A stretch of DNA of 64,000 nt from an uncultured candidate division Zixibacteria bacterium. GTDB taxonomy: Bacteria; Zixibacteria; MSB-5A5; GN15; FEB-12. The notes beneath the pieces are model-generated. The model had not been told where the DNA came from, ran no database searches, and saw only the letters and a list, made by a program, of their open reading frames with translations. Positions 56,574 through 64,000 of this stretch are shown here, one piece after another. The stretch is taken from the NCBI GenBank assembly GCA_963664195.1, contig OY760907.1, positions 3,072,001 to 3,136,000 of the forward strand, written 5' to 3'. The stretch's first letter is position 1. Every line of letters begins with the position of its first letter. The position numbers and the translations under genes are program-made.

Positions 56574-57636
56574 GTGAGTAATGACGGGTTTGACAGACGA
56601 ATCGCAGTAACAGGTGGGGCCGGGTTTATCGGCTCTAATCTGCTTCTGCGTCTGGTGCCGAAGTATCCCCGCTATCTGTTTGTCAACGTCGATTGCCTGA
56701 CCTATGCCGGGAATCTCGGCAATCTGGCTGCGATTGAGAGAGCGGAGAACTATCGCTTTGAGAAGGTCGATATCTGCGATTTAGAGGCGCTGAAAGGCTG
56801 CTTTGAACGCCACGCAATTGATGCCGTCATCCATTTGGCCGCGGAGTCACATGTCGACCGTTCCATTGTCGGACCGGGATCGTTCATCAACACCAACATA
56901 ATTGGCACCTTCAATCTGCTAGAGTTGGCTCGGGAGAGAATCGAAGGCCCGAGGCCATGCCGCTTTCACCATGTCTCGACGGATGAAGTTTTTGGGTCGT
57001 TGGGGGCGGAAGGCTATTTCACCGAAGAGACGCCGTACTCGCCCAATTCGCCCTACTCGGCCTCAAAGGCATCGGCTGACCATCTTGTGCGGGCGTATCA
57101 CAAAACCTACGGGCTTGATGTTGTAACCACGAATTGCTCGAACAACTTCGGGCCGTATCAATTCCCGGAGAAGCTGATCCCGCTCATGATCCGCAATGCG
57201 GTGGCAGGGGAGAAACTTCCGGTCTATGGCGACGGTCGCCAGATTCGGGACTGGCTGCACGTCGAGGATCATTGCGACGCGCTTGATCTTGTGTTCCACA
57301 GGGGACTGACCGGTGAAACGTACAATATCGGCGGCAACACCGAGATTGAGAATATCGAACTGGTGCGGAAAATCTGTCGACTGCTTAATGCCAAACTCGG
57401 CGGCGAGGCAGAGAGAGAAGTTGATCGAGTTTGTGACCGACCGCCCAGGCCATGACCGAAGGTACGCAATTGATGCCTCCAAACTGGCTCACGCGCTTGG
57501 TTGGCAGCCCTCGCATACTATCGATGAGGGTCTGGAACAGACGGTAGACTGGTATCTCGATAATGCCGCCTGGTTAGAGAATTGTGTCAGCGGTGAGTAT
57601 AAGAATTATTACACGATGATGTACGGTAACCGATGA
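56574..57636 (+). pseudogene. rmlB: dTDP-glucose 4,6-dehydratase, frameshifted at about 57410-57420
   Basis: [32 protein letters not shown] in frame 1; conserved C-terminus [15 protein letters not shown] continues in the +1 frame to 57636; GTG 56574 after GGAG. Confidence 0.9.
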
Positions 57637-57644
57637 GGGACGAT

Positions 57645-58535
57645 ATGAGTGGATCAATTCGGAAAGGGATCGTCTTGGCGGGAGGAAGCGGCACACGTTT
57701 GTATCCGGTCACTCAGGTTGTCTGCAAGCAGCTTTTGCCAGTGTACGACAAGCCGATGATCTACTATCCGCTGTCGACTCTCATGCTCTACGGGGTCCGA
57801 GAAATACTGATTATCTCTACACCTGACGACCTGCCGCGTATTGAATCCTTGCTGGGAAATGGCGAGCGTCTTGGTCTGTGCATCTCGTACAGGATCCAGC
57901 CGAAACCGGAAGGTATCGCGCAGGCATTGATACTTGGAGAGGAGTTTATTGGGGGTGATTCGGTCGCGCTGATTCTCGGAGACAATGTCTTCTACGGCGT
58001 GTATGACTTCCTTCGTGATGCACATAGGTTCACCGACGGTGCGATGGTGTTTGGGTACTACGTTAAGAACCCCGAACGGTACGGCGTGGTCAAGTTTGAC
58101 GGTGACGGCAACGCCATATCGATCGAGGAGAAGCCTCAGAAGCCGCGCTCGCATTATGCCGTGACGGGGTTGTACTTGTATGACTCGGATGTGGTTGGCA
58201 TCGCTAAAGGGCTTAAGCCATCCGCACGTGGCGAACTTGAGATCACCGATGTGAACCGAGCGTATCTGGATCAGAAGAAACTCCAGGTGGTCAAACTCGG
58301 TCGGGGGATCGCCTGGCTTGATACGGGCACGCACGAGAGTCTTCTCGATGCCGGGAATTTTATCGCTACCGTGGAAAAACGACAGGGGCAGAAGATTGCC
58401 TGTCTGGAGGAAATCGCGTTTCGGATGGGTTTCATTACCCGTGGGCAGTTGACCGACATAATTACCAGTATGGCCGATAACACGTATCGTGAGTATCTAA
58501 CGCGGGTTGTTGAGGAGTTCGATGGCGAAGCCTGA
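57645..58535 (+). CDS. rmlA: glucose-1-phosphate thymidylyltransferase
   Basis: [46 protein letters not shown]; alternative ATG at 57633. Confidence 0.97.
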   Translation: MSGSIRKGIVLAGGSGTRLYPVTQVVCKQLLPVYDKPMIYYPLSTLMLYGVREILIISTPDDLPRIESLLGNGERLGLCISYRIQPKPEGIAQALILGEEFIGGDSVALILGDNVFYGVYDFLRDAHRFTDGAMVFGYYVKNPERYGVVKFDGDGNAISIEEKPQKPRSHYAVTGLYLYDSDVVGIAKGLKPSARGELEITDVNRAYLDQKKLQVVKLGRGIAWLDTGTHESLLDAGNFIATVEKRQGQKIACLEEIAFRMGFITRGQLTDIITSMADNTYREYLTRVVEEFDGEA

Positions 58536-59409
58536 GAAACTGCTCATTACCGGCAGTCGGGGGCAACTCGGGAGAGATTTGGTGTCGATTCTGTCACAGG
58601 AATACGACGTCACGGGGATAGGTCTCAAGGACGCCGATATCTGTGATCGCGAGGCGATTTCCTCGGTGGTCGAGAGGGTTCGTCCGGACGTAGTGCTGCA
58701 CACGGCCGCACTTACGGATGTCGATGGGTGTGAATCGGAGCAGGAGCGAGCGATGGCAGTGAACGCAGAGGGCACGAGGAATGTCGCTCTGGCCTGCAAA
58801 AGCGTGTCCGCTCGTATGATCTATTACTCGACAGATTACGTATTCGACGGCTCAGGTGACAAGCCTTACGCTGAGACTGACAGAACGAATCCCCAGACGG
58901 CTTACGGAAAGAGCAAATTGGCCGGGGAAGAGGCAGTGATCACTGAACTCCAAGACGCGGTTATCATACGGATTGCCTGGGTTTACGGGCAGTACGGCAA
59001 GAATTTTGTGCGGACTATGCTCAAATTGGGGAGTGAACAGCTCAGGGCCACACAGCGGGGTGAAATCGCTGCACCGCTGAGAGTTGTGGATGATCAGTTT
59101 GGCAATCCAACCTGGACTGCAGACATAGTGCACCAGACGGCGGCGATTCTAAAAAGCGACATTCGGGGCGTCGTGCATGCTACCAGCGAGGGTGAGGTCA
59201 GTTGGTATGGTCTGGCAGGGGATGTATTTGAAATCACCGATCAGGCCGTTTTGTTGACGCCCTGCACCACGGCTGACTATCCCCTTCCGGCACCTCGTCC
59301 CCGACGGTCATCGCTGGAAAACACATGTTTGAAGCGGCTTGGGCTGAACCTGATGCGACCGTATCGCACCGCACTGCAGGAGTTTCTTATACAGGGGAAG
59401 GCGCTATGA
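58522..59409 (+). CDS. rmlD: dTDP-4-dehydrorhamnose reductase
   Basis: [39 protein letters not shown]. Confidence 0.95.
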   Translation: MAKPEKLLITGSRGQLGRDLVSILSQEYDVTGIGLKDADICDREAISSVVERVRPDVVLHTAALTDVDGCESEQERAMAVNAEGTRNVALACKSVSARMIYYSTDYVFDGSGDKPYAETDRTNPQTAYGKSKLAGEEAVITELQDAVIIRIAWVYGQYGKNFVRTMLKLGSEQLRATQRGEIAAPLRVVDDQFGNPTWTADIVHQTAAILKSDIRGVVHATSEGEVSWYGLAGDVFEITDQAVLLTPCTTADYPLPAPRPRRSSLENTCLKRLGLNLMRPYRTALQEFLIQGKAL

Positions 59410-59876
59410 CGAGTGCGATAATAGGCGTGGAAGTCCGTACCCTGAAGCAGTTTCAAGATAACCGGGGCTGGCTGGTGGAGCTGTTCAGAGAAGATGAACT
59501 GGCTGAAGAATATCATCCGGCGATGAGCTATGTCTCGATGACGCTTCCGGGTGTAACACGCGGGCCGCATGAACATGTTGATCAGGCAGATTGTTTCTGT
59601 TTTGTCGGCCCTTCGACATTTCGGCTATATCTGTGGGACAATCGGCGCGATTCGGAGTCTTACGGAGTGAAATCTGTTTTGGAGTGTGGCGAAAAAAGCC
59701 CGATGATGGTGATAGTACCGAAAGGCGTCGTGCATGCATACAAGAATGTTGGGGGCGTCAACGGCATCGTCTACAACGCTCCGAATCGGCTGTACGCGGG
59801 GGCAGGGAAGAAAGAACGTGTGGACGAAATCCGGCATGAGGATGATCCGGATTCAAGATTTATTGTTGACGATTAG
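59406..59876 (+). CDS. rmlC: dTDP-4-dehydrorhamnose 3,5-epimerase family protein
   Basis: DNRGWLVELFR, PGVTRGPHEH, VPKGVVHAY; ATGA overlap with rmlD. Confidence 0.9.
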   Translation: MTSAIIGVEVRTLKQFQDNRGWLVELFREDELAEEYHPAMSYVSMTLPGVTRGPHEHVDQADCFCFVGPSTFRLYLWDNRRDSESYGVKSVLECGEKSPMMVIVPKGVVHAYKNVGGVNGIVYNAPNRLYAGAGKKERVDEIRHEDDPDSRFIVDD

Positions 59877-60071
59877 AGGAGCAGGAGTTATCGTCGTTAA
59901 CCGAAAGGCAGTGTCGGTGGGCTACTTCACGTATTGCAGGCATGAAAAAGGGGTTCAGGAGCCGTTTTCTCCCCAAAAAGCACGGTGGGCGGCTGTCTGT
60001 ACGGGATTTTGGGTTGATTAAAATGGACTTTGGAGTTAGGTTCTACGCATCATGAATGGAAGGACAGCTTA

Positions 60072-61172
60072 ATGCTTTCAGGGAAATCGATACTGGTAAC
60101 GGGCGGAACGGGATCCTTCGGCAAGAAGATGATCGAGACGATTCTGCACAAGTTCCCCAATGTCAGACGCGTAATTGTCTATTCTCGCGATGAACTGAAG
60201 CAGTTCGAGATGAGCCAGGTGTTTTCAGAAGCCAGATATCCGCAGATGCGGTATTTCATTGGCGATGTGCGCGATAAGGAACGTTTGGGGCGGGCAATGC
60301 GCGGAGTAGATGTGGTCATCCATGCTGCTGCTCTCAAACAGGTGCCGGCGTGCGAATACAATCCGTTTGAGGCGGTCAAGACCAATGTCATCGGCGCACA
60401 GAACGTGATCGACAGCGCCATCGATCAGGGTGTGAAGAAAGTGATCGCGTTAAGCACAGACAAGGCCGCTGCACCGATCAATCTGTACGGGGCCACCAAG
60501 CTGTGCTCGGACAAGCTGTTCGTTTCGGCTAACAACTACAAGGGTAGTGCGGATATCAAGTTTTCAGTTGTTCGCTACGGCAATGTTATGGGCAGTCGAG
60601 GGAGTGTCATTCCGTTTTTCATGGGTCGGCGGCACAAGAGTGTCATTCCGATCACTGATACACGGATGACCCGATTCAACATCACGCTTGAAGAAGGTGT
60701 GGCGCTGGTGATGCATGCTATCACTCATGCCTGGGGTGGCGAGATTTTTGTACCTAAGATCCCCAGCTATCGTATTCTGGACGTTGCCAAAGCGATTGCG
60801 CCGAAATGCCGGCAGGAGATTATAGGGATTCGTCCGGGCGAGAAACTCCACGAGGAGATGATCACGGAAACGGATGCTATCAACACGCTGGAGTTCGATA
60901 CGTATTTTGTCATACTGCCGTCAGTGAAGCTATGGGATGTCGATCGATACATGGAAACATTTCGTGGCAAGAAGTGTCCGGACGGGTTCAGGTACTCCTC
61001 AGGTGAGAACAGTGAATGGCTCACCGTCAATCAGATTCGCGAGTTGATAAAGATGCATGTAGACAAAGACTTTTCTGTCAATGAAGACGGGGAGTCTGAC
61101 GCGGACGATAGCTCTGTTTCGACTTTTCAACGCGGCACTCAGATCACTTCGAAGGAGTCAGCCGAGGACTAG
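60072..61172 (+). CDS. pseB: UDP-N-acetylglucosamine 4,6-dehydratase (inverting)
   Basis: TGGTGSFG, SRDELKQ, AAALKQVPACEYNP, STDKA, RYGNVMGSRGSV, GIRPGEKLHEEM. Confidence 0.93.
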   Translation: MLSGKSILVTGGTGSFGKKMIETILHKFPNVRRVIVYSRDELKQFEMSQVFSEARYPQMRYFIGDVRDKERLGRAMRGVDVVIHAAALKQVPACEYNPFEAVKTNVIGAQNVIDSAIDQGVKKVIALSTDKAAAPINLYGATKLCSDKLFVSANNYKGSADIKFSVVRYGNVMGSRGSVIPFFMGRRHKSVIPITDTRMTRFNITLEEGVALVMHAITHAWGGEIFVPKIPSYRILDVAKAIAPKCRQEIIGIRPGEKLHEEMITETDAINTLEFDTYFVILPSVKLWDVDRYMETFRGKKCPDGFRYSSGENSEWLTVNQIRELIKMHVDKDFSVNEDGESDADDSSVSTFQRGTQITSKESAED

Positions 61173-61225
61173 CGATCTGGTGTCCTTCTCAGCGGCACGT
61201 CTCACAGTGTACAGAGGACGTTGAC

Positions 61226-62461
61226 TTGAATACGATGCCGAAATCTACTCTGACATTTCTTCCGTACGGCCGTCAGCATGTTACGGATGACGATATTGCA
61301 GCCGTCGCAGAAGTTCTTCGGTCAGACTGGCTGACCCAGGGACCTACCATAGCTGAGTTTGAGCGAGAGCTTGCCGATGTGGTTGGAGCCAGGCATGTGG
61401 TTGCCTGTGCCACCGGGACCGCGGCTCTGCATCTGACGATGCTGGCACTCGGTATTGGTAATGGAGATGTGGTTGTCACTTCGCCGAATACGTTCCTTGC
61501 CGATGCCAATTGCGCGCGGTATGTCGGGGCGGAAGTGCAGTTTGCCGACATTGATCTTGCCACCGGAAACATCGACCCTGACGCCTTGGCCGGCGTTCTT
61601 AAGCGCGATGCCGGACGCTGCATAAAGGCGATCATTCCTGTTCATTTTGCCGGACAGCCGGTTGATCTTCCGCGCATTTGCGAGTTGGCCAAAGCGCACG
61701 GTGCGGTGGTTGTGGATGATGCCTGTCACGCGTTGGGAGCGACATATGATTGCTGTGATAAGGCTCACAGAGTGGGAAGCGGCGTACACGCGGCGATGAC
61801 GGTCTATTCGTTTCACCCCGTGAAGCATGTTGCCATGGGCGAGGGGGGAGCGGTAGCCACGAATGACGATGCGTTGGCCGACACGCTGCGTCTGTATCGT
61901 AATCACGGCATGACAAAAGAGAATCTCAAGCAGTCTGACATGGCCTTGTCGCCGGATGGCGAGCCGAATCCCTGGTACTACGAAATGCAGGCTCTGGGGA
62001 TGAACTATCGGCTGACGGATGTTCAGGCGGCGTTGGGTAAGAGTCAACTCAAGAGATTGAACTGGTCGGTGGAGCGTCGCAACCAGATTGCCGCCTACTA
62101 TCGTGAGGGTTTGAAACAGCGCTTCGCACCGGAGCGGGTGAAATCGCTTGATTTGCGTGATGGCGTTTTGCATGCCTATCATCTGTTTGTCCTGCAAATA
62201 GACTTCGAGAGTTTCGGCGTGTCACGGGCCGCAGTTATGAACAGACTTGGTGATGCTGCAATCGGTACACAGGTTCACTATGTCCCGGTTCCGCTCCAGC
62301 CGTATTATCGTGAGTGTGGCGGATTCGTTCCGGGAGATTTCCCGAGTGCCGAGACTTACTATGAAAAAGCGTTGAGCATCCCGATGTATCCGGATCTGAC
62401 GGATGAAGATCTCGACCGCGTGCTGGACTCCTTGCGGGACAGTCTGGAGGGGAACGCATGA
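61226..62461 (+). CDS. pseC: UDP-4-amino-4,6-dideoxy-N-acetyl-beta-L-altrosamine transaminase (DegT family)
   Basis: LPYGRQ, SDWLTQGP, DACHALGA, SFHPVKHVAMGEGG, WYYEMQALGMNYRLTD; start TTG 61226 or ATG 61235. Confidence 0.92.
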   Translation: MNTMPKSTLTFLPYGRQHVTDDDIAAVAEVLRSDWLTQGPTIAEFERELADVVGARHVVACATGTAALHLTMLALGIGNGDVVVTSPNTFLADANCARYVGAEVQFADIDLATGNIDPDALAGVLKRDAGRCIKAIIPVHFAGQPVDLPRICELAKAHGAVVVDDACHALGATYDCCDKAHRVGSGVHAAMTVYSFHPVKHVAMGEGGAVATNDDALADTLRLYRNHGMTKENLKQSDMALSPDGEPNPWYYEMQALGMNYRLTDVQAALGKSQLKRLNWSVERRNQIAAYYREGLKQRFAPERVKSLDLRDGVLHAYHLFVLQIDFESFGVSRAAVMNRLGDAAIGTQVHYVPVPLQPYYRECGGFVPGDFPSAETYYEKALSIPMYPDLTDEDLDRVLDSLRDSLEGNA

Positions 62462-63189
62462 GAGTTGTGCTGATCACTCAGGCGAGAATGACTTCCACAC
62501 GACTGCCGGGGAAAGTGCTCAAAGAAGTACTCGGCAAACCGTTACTTGAATATCATGTCGAGCGACTCCGGCAGGCACGGAACGCCGACGAGGTGGTTGT
62601 TGCGACGACAAAAAACGACACCGATGAGCCGATTGTCGAGCTGTGCGGAAAACTCGGAGTGACGTGTTTCCGCGGCTCGGAAGAGGATGTACTCTCACGA
62701 TACTACGGGGCAGCCGTTGAACACAGCGCTGAGGTCATTGTGAGGGTGACGTCGGACTGTCCGCTTATTGACCCGGCGGTAATCGACCGCGTCATTTCTA
62801 CGTTTCAGGACAGGCTGCCGGAAGTGGACTATGTCGCCAATACGCTGGAACGGACTTTTCCCCGGGGCATGGACACCGAAGTGTTGACTTTCGGGGCTCT
62901 GGATGAGGCTCATCGCGAGGCTACGGAGACGCCTGATAGAGAGCACGTAACGCGGTTCATCTATATGCATCCGGAGCGGTATCGGATGGAGAACGTGGCT
63001 CTTGAATCCGATCTGAGCAGTCATCGATGGACCGTGGATACTCCCGAGGATTTCAAGTTGATTCGACTTCTGATTGAGGCGCTCTATGTTGCCAGGCCGC
63101 GCTTCACGCTGGAAGACTGTCTTGAGGTGTCGTTAAGGCATCCTGAATGGGCGAAGATCAACAGACAGGTGAATCAGAAGACGAAATAG
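62458..63189 (+). CDS. SpsF-type cytidylyltransferase family protein
   Basis: QARMTSTRLPGKVL, FRGSEEDVLSRY, RVTSDCP, REHVT, RWTVDTPED. Confidence 0.9.
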   Translation: MRVVLITQARMTSTRLPGKVLKEVLGKPLLEYHVERLRQARNADEVVVATTKNDTDEPIVELCGKLGVTCFRGSEEDVLSRYYGAAVEHSAEVIVRVTSDCPLIDPAVIDRVISTFQDRLPEVDYVANTLERTFPRGMDTEVLTFGALDEAHREATETPDREHVTRFIYMHPERYRMENVALESDLSSHRWTVDTPEDFKLIRLLIEALYVARPRFTLEDCLEVSLRHPEWAKINRQVNQKTK

Positions 63190-63235
63190 CTGCCGGTTTC
63201 TTTTCGGTCTGGATAATGGCTATGGCGCAGGTAAT

Positions 63236-64000
63236 ATGAACATCATCATTCGGACAGACGCCTCCAACCAGATCGGTACCGGTCATGCGATGCGATGTCT
63301 CACGCTCTCGGAGTATCTGCGAGACGAAGGTTGCACCGTGAGTTTTGTCTGTCGCGAACATCCGGGACATTTGGGTGAAATCATCACGGGGCGTGGTTTT
63401 TCCGTTCATATGCTGCCATTCCCGGAATCGCCGGTTGCGAGTGATGACCCCGACAACTACGCAGCCTGGCTGTCTGTGTCTCAGCGGGTCGATGCTCAGG
63501 AGACGGCTGGTTATCTGATTGAGAACAGAATCAGACCCGACTGGCTGATTTCCGATCATTACGCTTTGGATGTCGAGTGGGAGATGATGCTACGTGCTCA
63601 TGCCAATCGACTGATGGTCATTGACGATCTGGCCAATCGTCGCCACGACTGCGATTTGCTTCTTGATCAGAATTACTATGATGATCTTGACGTGCGGTAC
63701 GATTCGGTTGTGACCGATGCCTGTCACCTGCTTCTGGGGCCAGGGTATGCGATTTTGAGGAAGGAGTTTCTCAGGGCCAAGCAAGAGGCGTCACGGGTGC
63801 GGGATGGTTCGATCAGACGTATGTTGGTGTTTTTCGGCGGATGCGACTCTACGAATGAGACCGGCAAAGTGTTGGCCGCGTTGCGCGAGTGGTCGATGAC
63901 GAACGTTGCTGTCGATGTGGTGGTGGGGCTGTCAAACCCGCTTCGGGAGCAGATCAAGCGGGAGTGCGACGAGATATCCTCGGTGATGTTTCATTGCCAG
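63236..64000 (+). CDS. pseG: UDP-2,4-diacetamido-2,4,6-trideoxy-beta-L-altropyranose hydrolase (partial, runs off window)
   Basis: Translated by hand: MNIIIRTDASNQIGTGHAMRCLTL...WLISDHY...MVIDDLANRRHDCDLLLDQN...LLGPGYAILR...FFGGCD; absent from the ORF track because no stop lies in the window. Confidence 0.9.
   Translation, partial: MNIIIRTDASNQIGTGHAMRCLTLSEYLRDEGCTVSFVCREHPGHLGEIITGRGFSVHMLPFPESPVASDDPDNYAAWLSVSQRVDAQETAGYLIENRIRPDWLISDHYALDVEWEMMLRAHANRLMVIDDLANRRHDCDLLLDQNYYDDLDVRYDSVVTDACHLLLGPGYAILRKEFLRAKQEASRVRDGSIRRMLVFFGGCDSTNETGKVLAALREWSMTNVAVDVVVGLSNPLREQIKRECDEISSVMFHCQ

Noticed and set aside
59905..59945. JUMPstart/ops element before pseB (CAGTGTCGGTGG)
   Set aside because: No GGCGGTAG ops core

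Overview
A bacterial chromosomal window, moderately GC-rich. Several secreted proteins end in YPNP(F/Y)-type C-terminal sorting domains, which suggests an FCB-related lineage such as candidate Zixibacteria (inference only). The left part holds envelope and secreted proteins: a GT-B-like ORF, a TPR protein, a VanZ-Mth938 fusion, an MFS transporter, two tandem ~900-aa paralogues, an M16 peptidase pair and a vWA/YfbK protein. Next come glgP and pfkA, a beta-CASP nuclease with a LOG protein, a nitroreductase, a zincin protease, a stand-alone RelA-zinc-finger/winged-helix fusion, DUF819, pcm, EVE and an operon of three CTD-bearing secreted proteins. The right part holds yebC, a 5.5-kb accessory insertion, ruvCAB, queA, ispDF, dedA, ddl, HAD, M42, cysS, tRNA-Thr(TGT), and a dTDP-rhamnose plus pseudaminic-acid cluster that runs off the edge. 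Most notable are: (1) a 185-bp MITE-like element with 17-bp terminal inverted repeats and a TGGA target duplication, packed with GTAGG-hairpin REP units and inserted into another palindrome, with a diverged second copy 23 kb away showing five compensatory base-pair changes; (2) the RelA-RIS plus DUF2250-like wHTH fusion; (3) rmlB broken at a (GA)4 tract that one extra GA would repair; (4) a first ORF whose promoter and SD point to a non-canonical start. All family assignments are from motif recognition by eye, not database searches.
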